Shown here piece after piece: positions 51,407 through 62,060 of a stretch of 64,000 bases of DNA (within the stretch, counting starts at the first letter, position 1; each line of letters starts with the position of its first letter). Below the pieces are notes generated by a model. The model made no database searches. It was given only the letters and a program-made list of their open reading frames with translations, and was not told where the DNA came from. This stretch comes from Pelomyxa schiedti (taxonomy: Eukaryota > Protista > Evosea), in the NCBI GenBank assembly GCA_020536535.1, contig JAHLWZ010000423.1, positions 186,001-250,000 of the forward strand, read 5' to 3'. The position numbers and the translations under genes are program-made.

Positions 51407-54400
51407 TCAAGGTGCTGCTGTGACGAGAATGAGGCCTCTTAGGACTCCCACAGGATACGCATGCCTGAGTATCTCTACTTCGAACTTGCATGCCACTCCA
51501 GTACTGTGTGTGGAGGAGGCTGATGCAGAGTCTATGGACTCCCCAATGGGTATTGCGGAGTGACCTGTTTTGTTTCTTGGTTATTATGTTGTTGGAAAAA
51601 CCTGGAAGTACAAACCGTAGATGTGGCTTGCAGTTTGAACTTGCACAAAGAGGTGCTGTCTCACATAGTACTCTGGGTCAGGTACATGGGCAAGGAGCTG
51701 TGGTATATCTCGGTCTGCCCAACACAAGCCTCCAGTTCCTTCAGCACCTCTAAGAGTGTGTTAACTATTCATTCTAGTATAGTTCGCATTATTACGGGGT
51801 GCTCGGGCGTGATTGCCAGTTTCTTTCTGGATTTAAAAACGGGGCTCTGAATAAAAGTACGAGATCTTCATAAGTATGAGGGTTGTACAAAGTTATAAAA
51901 ACTGTTAACCTGTTGCAGGTGGAGCAAGGTCTTCAGGTGTTGATTCGGAGGTTGGTGGGGTAGCTGAGGCTGATGCGGTGGAAGTGGTGGAAGTGGAAGC
52001 TACTGTAGTCGACATTAATGAAGGATGAAGTGCATTAGCAGGATAAAGAACAGCTGTAACACTCGTGATAGTGATGGAGAAAGGAGTCTCCAACAAAGGT
52101 GACGGCGCAAGCTGAGTGGTGGTAGTAAAAACACTAAATACAGGACTGTGATCACTTGACGTCAGCAAATCACAACAAAAATATTGTTTTTGCTCAAGTG
52201 GTGCCGCCCCTGGAAGAGTTTTCCACAGTACCCTATCACACCATGCTGGTATGCGCTTCTTCTATTAAAGACGTAAGCTTGATTCTAGTTAGTATTAAAC
52301 GTCTAACCTTTCCTCCAGTGTCATAATCGCGCGTGCCCACATGATATTTATATGTAGGACGGAACAGCAGCTCCCCTTCCTGGAAACCGTAGAACACTGC
52401 GTTTTTCGCTCTCTGAGCAATTAACTGATCTGCCTCAACCAAATGTCGCCAATCAGAGTTTTGAATAAGTTCTAAGGTCTTTTCCTTGGAGAGGTCAATC
52501 CTTGTTGATGTGAAAAAATGAAAGGTATTACGGCTTGTTACCGGTAGTTCAGATCACCACACCAAATAACGTGGTCAAACTGTTGCAAAATATTGAATTT
52601 ATTCATGCCCAGGTCCAAATTACTGGCTATAGTGTGAAAATGTTTATTACGTTCATCAACTCGGCTCTGGTTCATGTAAAAAAAGGAAAAAAGTTTAAAG
52701 GTTCTCACCTGATGGGCAGCAAGGTGTGACCCAATGAAGCAGAAGCTAGTATCATGGAACTGAAATGCCACTGCTGTTGAAGGGTTATTTACTTTTTTAG
52801 TTGAAAAACCATTCTACCAACAGCTCCCTTGTTGCCCAAAACAGTGGCTATTCCGGTATTTTCTGAGCTGTGCTGTATTCAAGTTATGGAGTGCCAGAAG
52901 AGTTTTAAATTACCTCAATATTTCTTATCTTCGCTATGTGAGAATTGTGAACAAAAACGGCCATCTTGACAGTCAAAATTGAAACCACTTTTGTTTGCAC
53001 GATTAGAGAATTTAGATAACTTACGTGCACACAAACATACGCACATTCAAGCCGTAAATAATCAGCACCAAGGTGCTCAATCACTTTTTCGAAGAGACTT
53101 TCGTACATGCACTCCTGAGCACATACAACGACAATATCAAAGTGATGTCCAGTGGGAATCCATAAAGAGACTGGTTGTTGTGGAGCAGCTCCACCTTGAC
53201 CAAGGTAAAGTTAGATACTAGTGGGAAACTGCACGCAGAGACCACACCCATATTCCAGGTCCCTACGAAAATTTTTACTTGTTCCACCCGAGGCATCTTG
53301 ATGTACCTTAGGACACCTTCTATATAACTGAAAGCTCTACCTTTGTAGTCAACATCATATTACATTGCCCAAGCCAACAAAGCCCGTAAAATCGCTCTCG
53401 TTGAACTTGGTTTATGAAACAGAGGTTCACATCATCAGTTGTTCTCATTCGCAGGGTTACTTTCCTTGGGTCTGTCTCCGATCTTCAGAAAGAGACCAAT
53501 TAAACTAGGCGAGGCCAGCTAAGTGTATACCTTACAGCTTGCAAAATTTGAGAGAATAACCACTGCTCTTTGTTTTTGTGTCGGACTTTGCAAAATCGAG
53601 TTATAATGCCGGTAGATAAATTGACTATGGGAATGTTACCCAAGTTACTTTCCCAGTTAAAGAGAGAGGGGAAAAGCCTTCGAGGGATCGTTTTTTCCGT
53701 GTAGTACCAATCCACACTTCAAAGGGAAAAATGTGAGCCTGTGAAAGGGTAATTTTATTTTTGAATTGGGATCAGTCTACCAGAATCCTATCTTGGAGTT
53801 TGATATAGAAGCTTGCCAGTCGGTGCTGCATTTTATTTTCCTCTGTAAGAAACAAAAAAAAGTCCCAAGAAGATGAGAAACCTTCACTTCAGCCGACTTT
53901 TCCTCAGTGGCCAAACTGGCCTTCATACCAGGAGGGGCCATGCTCACTGATTTTCCCGCGGAGCCCAGTTTCCCATCATGTACAATTTTGTCGCCTCCGC
54001 TCGCGTCAGTACCGGGTGCGGTCGGTACCAACGGCTCGCTTGTAGAAATCAGCGTCACTTTTGCCGCCGATTCTCCTCCCGTTTCGCTGTTATCGCTCGT
54101 ACTAGTGCTAGTAGTAGTAGTAGTCGTTGACGTCGTAGTAGCCGTGTGTGGTGTGGAGTTTTCTGCGTGATTTTCTTCAGCGGCCGCCGTTGTGCGGTGC
54201 GGCGATTGTGACTTCCGCGTCGCGCGTTCAGCCGTAGCAGATCCGCCCGACGAGGGGGCGGCGGCATCTCGCGCTGCCGATGTGCCATCTGCGGGAGAGG
54301 AAGGAGATCTCTTGCGCGTTTTTGCAGATCCAACGTTTGCTGTCGATGGATCCTTTGGCACAATGGGAGCGTAGTGCCGCCTCGCTCCGGAGTGACGATC

Positions 54401-54412
54401 TCCGGACGACAT
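51407..54412 (-). CDS. Inositol polyphosphate 5-phosphatase (SHIP-like: PH-like + 5-phosphatase + C2-like)
   Basis: IFVGTWNMG, GNKGAV, FCFIGSHLAAH, FDHVIWCGDLNYR, FRPTYKY, PAWCDRVLWK, SDHSPVF. Confidence 0.92.
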
Positions 54413-54542
54413 CGCGTGATTCGTTGGTTTTTTTTTTTGGGGTTTCGAACAACCAGTTTTCGGTTCTTCCCCCTTCAAAGAAACTCAAATCTGCACCTTT
54501 TTATTTCCTTTGATCTGGCTTGTGATTTTGAAGAACCAATCA

Positions 54543-55303
54543 ATGGAATACAAGGTGGTTGTCGTTGGTGGCGGCGGCGTTGGAAAATCGTCGTTGACCA
54601 TACAATTCATTCAGGGACACTTCATTGAGGGTGTGTGTGAGTCTATTGGTGGTTCACTTGGCTCCAATTGACCCAGTTGCTCTGTTTGTTGTTGTGCTTG
54701 CGGGGTGGTTTCCACAATTAGAGTACGACCCAACGATAGAAGACTCGTACCGCAAAAAAGTAGCAATTGACACTGAGGAGGAATCCCTGATTGACATCCT
54801 TGACACTGGTTGATAGTTTTGCCTTTTGTGGAGCTATCTTGTTTCTGACTTTTACCTTGTATGTGTTGCTTATGTGTAGCTGGACAGGATGAGTTCAGTG
54901 CCATGAGGGACCAATATATGAGAACTGGCCAAGCATTTTTGTGTGTATATGCCATTAACGCTCGATACTCATTTGATGAGATACGGACATACAGGTAATA
55001 TCACTACTTTTTTCCATGTTTAATTTATGCAACAGGGAGGTAATACTCAGAGTTAAGGATGCAGACACAGTGCCAATGGTTATTTGTGGCAACAAATGCG
55101 ACCTTGACTCTGAGAGACAAATATCAACCATGCAGGGAATTGAGCTGGCCAGGAGCTTCTGCTCCCCATTCCTGGAGACCTCCGCAAAGACAGCTTTTAA
55201 TGTACAAAACGCATTCTTTGAGCTCATAAGAGAATACCGGCGATCACAACCTAAGAACGCAAAGAAAGTCGTGAACAATTCCAGCAAGTGCTCCCTCCTT
55301 TAA
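54543..55303 (+). CDS. ras: Ras-family small GTPase
   Basis: [42 protein letters not shown], CaaX KCSLL. Confidence 0.97.
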
Positions 55304-55462
55304 AACTCTGTACGAACGGATAGAATGTAAACACCAAGCATTTTATGTATTAATAGAGTAGCCACCCGAGTCACAAAAGCCAAAACCCAAGCCAGAAAAC
55401 TACTCAAACCCAAGTCGGTACCCTCGGGTTCTAGTAATCCAAAAAATTTTTTTTTCCGGTGT

Positions 55463-56507
55463 TCAGGTGTGTTGGCTGTTTGCAATGGTCTGTGGTGTGC
55501 GAAATTGCATTAAAAATGCAGGAGAATGTGTGTTAAGGTTGTTGTTGGGTTGGATTAAGGTAGAGTGAACAGACTGTGGTGAGACTGTGGGAGATATCAA
55601 GCCAGGAAAGGAAGAACTGGGAGGCACAACAAGATTAGATGAGGCAGACTGAGGTGCGAAGTTTGATGACACAGGGTGAGGTAAAACAGGATTGGGTAAG
55701 ACTGGGTTGGCTAAAACTGACTGTGTCAAGGCAATGGTAGACAATGCAGGGTGAAGTAAATCATGGGATAAAACAGGTTGAGGCAAAGTTGAAGGCAATG
55801 ACACTGGGGTGAGAACAACAGGATGAGGTTCTATGGCTGGATTGGTGTTATTTTTTGCTTTTTTTTTTTGTGGCTGGGCTTTTTGTTGGGCTCTCAATTG
55901 GGTTATTATATCCTAATTTTTATTTAATATAATTCATAACGAATTATTATAATACTGATTCCAAAGGCACAGTGGTTGTTGCATGATAAGGAAGGGCATG
56001 TTTCTTGGAGAATAACCTCCACCAGGTCTCAGAGCATTCAGGTACAGATGTTGGTACTGTCTCTGGGTTGTGTGTTAAAATGATGTGTTTAGCCTAGAAT
56101 TTCATTACTCAGTGTTGTGAAAAACCTGAATTACCTGAGCTCGAATTTCAACTTGAGTGGGATGTTCATTTGCAGTTACTTTCTCATGCATCCAAGTGAG
56201 CAATTTGTCTTTTTGAGGGGGAGTCAACAATGGTGGTCGACCTTTTTGGCGCAAAGGACGGCCATCCCGATGAGCAAAGAAAGCTCTATGTACAACTGCT
56301 TTATCAACACCATGAATACGACTTGCTTGTGCAAAGGAAATTCCATTGTCAAACTATTTTCACATGTATAAGTATTAAAAAAATGATAGAATTAACAACA
56401 AGATGAAGGGCTAAAGCAAGCCCAGCAGGAGTGTCATCAATATGAAACTGTGGAGGCACAACCAAAGCCCTTACTTGCTCATCGGTATACTTAGTCTTGC
56501 GACCCAT
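55463..56507 (-). CDS. pogo/Tc5/CENP-B-type DNA-binding protein (psq-like HTH + CENP-B HTH) lacking the DDE domain; 4 exons, mostly missed by the ORF track
   Basis: Spliced translation: MGRKTKYTDEQ...|FDNGISFAQASRIHGVDKAVVHRA...KGRPPLLTPPQKDKLLTWMHEK...PTQVEIRAQ|AKHII...SETWWRLFSKKH...|DIITQLRAQQ, then a Pro-rich tail to the stop at 55463. Confidence 0.72.
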
Positions 56508-56590
56508 GGTTTTGTTTTCGGTTGTCGATCAATTTTAACAGAATCTGTTGATGCCGATCCCGGTTTAAAAATCCCGGACTTTTTTTCGTT

Positions 56591-59500
56591 ATGGGGAACG
56601 CCACGTCGCAAGACATCAACCACGAGGGTGAGCGGCACCGCGACGGCGACGGGGTGAAGCAAGACTACGGGAAGGCCTTGGCCCTGTTCAAACGAGCCGC
56701 GGCGGGGGGCAGCGGCGAGGCCCTAAACAACCTCGCTCTGATGTACCTCAACGGGCAGGGCGTGCCCAGCGACCCCTCCCGCGCCGCGGCCCTCTTCCAG
56801 GGCGCCTGCGACGCGGGCTGCCTCGACGCGATGTACCACCTCGCCTGCCGCCACGCGGAGGCGGGGGCCATGGCCGCCGCCGCGGCCCTCGTGTGGCGGG
56901 CCTCGTGCTGCGGCGCCGGGCCCGAGGCCGTGCGCGCCCACTCCCGCAGGGTCTACGACGCCGTGGGGGGCCGCGACCCGGGGCGGTGCGCGGAGCTGCT
57001 TCGGCAGGTGCTGGACGGCGGCGGGGGCTGCGCAGGGGAAACCGCCTCGCTCGCGGCGTGCTACCTCGCGGCGCTGCACCTGGCGGGAGGGGGCAAGGGC
57101 GGGGTGCCCAGGGACGGGGCGCGGGCCGCGGCGCTGCTGCAGCGGGCCGTGGACGGGGGCAGCGCCGAGGCCATGAACGCCCTGGGGATATTGTACGAGC
57201 GGGGGAGCCGGGGCTACGGAATCCCGCCGGAGATCGACAGGGCGGTGGGGCTCTACCAGAGGGCGGTGGATTCCGGAAGCACTTCCGCGCTGATCAGCCT
57301 CGCGTGGTGCTACAGGGATGGGCTGGGAGTGCAGCGAGATGTGGGCAAGGCGGTGTCATTGTTTCAGACCGCCGTGGACCGCGGCGACCTGTGGGCTCTC
57401 AATGGCCTTGGGTGGTGCTACACATGTGGGGGTGAGGGCGTGAAGAGGGACTACAACACAGCGGCATCGCTGTTTCAGAGGGCTGCTGATGCCAGTTGCC
57501 CTGGGACTGGCCTGGGGTGGTGCTTACAACGTGGGTGGGGTGTGGAAAGGTGCACAATCAAAGCGGCTTCACTTTATGAAAAGGGTGTTTCTGCTGGAGA
57601 GCAGGGTTCTGTGTGGGGTGGTGGCGGGGAGAGGGGAGGAAGGGGACCCCTCGCAAAACCGGGTTTCACAGTGTTTCTGGGTTTTTGTTTGGAAAATGGT
57701 GAAGGTCTGGCTCAGGACACAGCCAAAGCACTTTCACTTTACAACGCGGCTGCAGAAAATGGAGAGTCCTTTGCCTTTGCCCACCTAGCCCTGAACTTGT
57801 TGCAAGAAGGTGGTAGCAGAGAAGCCAGTGCGGCAGTGTCACTTCTCAGGAGGGGTGTTGACTTTGGAGACCCCAAGGCGATGTTTCACCTTGGGATGTG
57901 CTTCAAAGATGGTGTTGGCGTTTCTCAAGATAAGTCTGAGGCATTTCACCTGCTCCAAAGGGCTGCAGGCCTCGGACATAAAGAGCCTTCAAAAATCCTC
58001 GCAACTCTGCCTCCACCATGCCTTCCGCCAAAACCATCCAAGACAGCGCCTAAACTTACTCCATGCACATCCACACAGGAGGTACTACAAATTCAAGAGC
58101 AGTCAATTCGAACCAAAACAACATCACCTGCGGCACCACAGTTGCTATCAACACGTACACCCACTCCAACAACACAAAACGCAGAGACTGCAACTAAGGG
58201 AGCAGACACAACTTCCTCAAATCCTTCCAAACCCTCAATTTTGGCCACACTTGCGCAAGATATTCTAAGCAGAGCACAAGAAGGCGATAATGACAATGAC
58301 AGTGCCAACCCACAGAGTCAAATATCCAACATGGAACAAGTATGTCTCTGGCTTGGGTCCCTTGGCATCGATGAAGAGAGTTTGAATGTCATCAAAAACA
58401 ATAAACTTGTGAACTATTCAGTGCAACAGTTGTGCAATCTTGGCATGGTTGGTGATGCAGAACTAGGGAAACTCATTGTGGAGGAGGTGCAAGCAAACCT
58501 GGCAAACCAACAAGAAGAAGAACCCCCACGTCAGCGGGAATTTTTTGGTTCCACACAGCCACTTGCTGAGATGAATTACAAGTGCTTTGCATTCGTTGTT
58601 GGGAACGGATCATATTCTCAGTGTCCACTCACAAACACCATCAACGATGCGCAGGCGATTGCTCAGGTTTATCTCTCAAACTTGGTTTTCTCCATTTTGT
58701 TCACTTTCTTTCACCAGCTACTCGAAACTAGATGCAAGTTCGAAGTCACATGCCACACAAACTTTCCAACACTCAAAGAATTCATCATTGCCCTGGAGGA
58801 ATTCAAGAAAAAACTTAAGCAAGCCAAAAAGGCAAACAATAAGGTAACCAATAAAGAAAATCACATCCCAAGTCATCTCATCCTGTTCTCCATTTGTCAG
58901 GTAGCAAGCATTTTCTACTTTGCCGGACATGGAAGGCAACTGAAGGGGCACAACTTCCTGCTAATGACCAGTGACGAGTCTGCCTTCACCGAAAAAAATT
59001 TTGAGCAACTGAGGATTGCAGCACCCATGCTTGGGTCTGTTTTGGATGGAATCAAGAACTACTCTGATTTGACAATTGGAATTATGGATGCTTGCCGCCA
59101 ATCTGATAGAAATGACGGACCCGAGGAGTTCCGGGTATTCCCCCTTTCATTTTTATTCACAACCAGCATGCCCACTCACTAACACAATTTTCAGACACGT
59201 GGATTTGGGCCAAAAGGAGGAGAACATTTGACTAAAGAGGATTTTCCTGTTGGCTGCATTGTTGTCTACCCCACTGGCCCAGGTTCGTTTCTTTTCTAAG
59301 TTTTCTCACACCTCCCACCTAATTAATAATATTTGTACAGGGGAGCTGACGGGTGACTCTTGCACTATCCCTCACAGGAAGGATCATGGATTTTTCACTG
59401 GGTGTTTTCTTGAGGGTGTGTTCCCCTTTCCAAAGAAGAAAAAAAATCAACACTACCCAAAGCAATGGATCTCGCCAGACCAGGGACACCCTTCACTGAT

Positions 59501-59599
59501 ATTATTGATGATATAATTGTGATGGTCCAGGGATTGTCTGATGGTAAGCAGAGCCCCTGGCTCTCAAAGAGTGTTGGAACCAGATTTTCTCTATTCTAA
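56591..59599 (+). CDS. Sel1-like-repeat protein with a SAM-like segment and a C-terminal caspase-family (peptidase C14) domain
   Basis: Multiple SEL1 repeats (ALNNLALMYLNGQGV, AMFHLGMCFKDGVGV). SAM-like MEQVCLWLGSLGI. C14 motifs AFVVGNGSY...LTNTINDA, FYFAGHG, IMDACR, HGFFT, QSPW. Stop at 59597-59599. Confidence 0.88.
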
Positions 59600-59896
59600 G
59601 TTGAATACTGGATACCCTGAGCCTATCAGATTGTGAAACTTTAAAACCTCCTGACTTAGTCACAGAGCTCCTGAACACAGTCCAAATTCTCATCTAAACC
59701 CTCTGTTAGTCAATGCCATGACTTGTTGTCATTCTTGTTATGTTAGGAAACCCACAAGAAAATGAGTCCTCTTTGGCATAAATGAACAATTTCCTTTTGA
59801 GTTCACGCACGTTTTTTTTCTTTGGCATTCTCACTTCCCTGCTCTGCTGTCACCAGATCTCGGTTTTTTTCCGCACTTTCTCATCATAAAATTTTG

Positions 59897-61301
59897 ATGG
59901 GGTTGCTGGCTGACCCCGTGCGTGCGGCAAGGTTGTCGACTTTAGTTGCGAGCACTTTGTCTCTGATAGCATCTGCTGCGACTGTTGTGTTCTACTGTTT
60001 GCCCTCGGGGAAGTTAACTGGCAAGAACGTGACAACAAACAATGACCCCGCGAGGAGGCATAGCCCTTTCTTAAACATACAACATCGCTTGCTTTTAGTG
60101 GGCGTTGCTAATCTATTGTCAAAGGACAACACACACTGGTAATAAAATTGTAGCACGACTAGTTTTCTGTATGCAGACAGCAGATATGTTTTCATCCCTC
60201 TTTATGATAGCGTCTACTGTTATGCTTCTTTGGTTTCCCGAGCAGTATGCGAACAATTTCTAATAACTCGGTAATAAAGGGAAAAAAGATACTCACTTGG
60301 TTGTTGTGTCAGCTTACGCGCAGCAATTCAGGTTATGGTTTTGTCCAGTTTCGCATGGTCGACTGCTGTTGCATTCTATGTATTCAGGGACACCTCTTTT
60401 GCTGTTGGTGAGGTAGGACTCTCTCGTGACGTTAGGAGAAGCTTTTTACCAAATACTCACGTACCCTCACCTGCAAACAGACAGATATAGTAGCAACAGT
60501 TATTTATTCCAAAAGTTGTTCGATACTTCCTTGTGTCGGAAGATGGAATGCTGAATTCATTATTCTGAATGTTGTTATATGGGGGTTAACAGTGGCCTCT
60601 TCCATATACCTTGTTGCATCTGGTAACTTTATCGCGGATGCAACGGGCTGGTATTTTCCGCTACATATACTCTCTACACTGACATTCACAGGTGCCACCC
60701 TGAATTGTTGCTACAGTGGATACTTTGGTACGCCCCGATGATCATAGTTTTCTTGGTCAATTTAGTTCTGTACCTGCTTGTACTTCGAGCAATCAACAAA
60801 GTTTTCCGACATTTCAACTCTGAAGCATCAAAACTAAGGTAGGGACTCCCAAAATCAATCTCAGAGGGTGAAGGCCATTTAATATTAATGGTATTAGCTT
60901 ACCTCTTTTGGTTCAAGACACGCCGTGAATCCTAAGATTATTCTGTACTCAATGGTTATACCACTGTGCTGGGGATTCAGCCTAGCAAACCACATACAAA
61001 TGACCGTCGATCCGACCCTGCAGTGGGTGTGGTTGTGGATCTTGGGAGATGTAGCAGCCCCGCTCCACGGTACAGGGCGTATCTACTGTGAAGTCTCTAA
61101 AATTAATTATTAGGGTTTTTCAATTTTTGGGTGTACAGCACAACGTCAAGTATTGTCAAATTTCCCTGTGGCCGGCACAAGGAAACCCCCACTGCTGATT
61201 CTACCCCTTTCCTCCCTGGTGAGATGGTAGGTGACAGCAGACCAATATTCCATGAGTCAGGAGACCTAGCCAGCCGTATTGTGTATGACTATGAACCATA
61301 A
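59897..61301 (+). CDS. 7-TM GPCR, cAMP-receptor-like / GCR1-type
   Basis: TM1 STLSLIASAATVVFY, TM3 SSFAWSTAVAF, GWC in ECL2, TM5 WYAPMIIVFLVNLVLY, TM6 YSMVIPLCWG, TM7 PLHGFFNFWVY. Confidence 0.8.
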
Positions 61302-61816
61302 ACTTCTTTGTTTAAACTGTAGAGTTTCTAAAACTTTTTTTTTTTGGTTGATTCAACTTGTCATTGTGTAATGGTAAGAGCCATAAGCCAGGGCACAGCT
61401 GCACATTGAAGGCTGACTTCTGTGGAATTGGATTGTGCAAGAGGTGGCAACAGTCTTCCCAGCCTCATATTAATCACCAGTGGGGGTGATTCATATCCCT
61501 TACTTTTGTGCTTAGAGACCAAACAGTGCGGCACGTGGTTTCCACGCACGTGGCGCGCCGTCAGGGTAGGAGACGACCACTCATGAGCGCTGTTTTTGGC
61601 CCCTTTCGCTGATAGAATAGAGCGTTGTTATGCTCTATCACAATATTGTAGAGCGGAAAAAAGTCAAGAGAGAACCCAGTACCGGCAGAAGAGGGGCATA
61701 CACACAGCACGTAATTTGGGAGTGCAGTTTGGAGCGGTCCCAGTGGGTGCATTTGGAGTTTGGTGCCTCCACGGCTTTTGAAACTCAAACTGCCTGTAGT
61801 GCATATCTGGAGCCCA

Positions 61817-61920
61817 AGGGCGGTCATTTTACATAGAGGAAAAACCACATGATGTAATTTAGGGGCGGTCACCTATCATTTCCTGTGTAAAATGACCACC
61901 CTGGGGCGGTCATTTTACAC
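61817..61920. repeat. Cluster of GGGCGGTCA(TTTTACA) direct repeats plus a 36-bp near-perfect palindrome
   Basis: Copies at 61818, 61863 and 61904. GTGTAAAATGACC-accctggggc-GGTCATTTTACAC spans 61885-61920. Confidence 0.85.
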
Positions 61921-62060
61921 TTTGTATCCTGCAGTCAAAAACTCCAACCAGAGGTCCCACAGAGTGTTAAACAGGTTAAAAAAGTGTTTCCCCGCATTTT
62001 CCATCGGTCATCAGTTCTCAGAAAAAACTCCGAGCGAAACTGTGGTGCCGGTTGGTGGCA

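Noticed and set aside
55380-56590. Terminal inverted repeats around the CENP-B-like gene
   Set aside because: No convincing inverted match or TA duplication could be seen, so it was not annotated as a mobile element.
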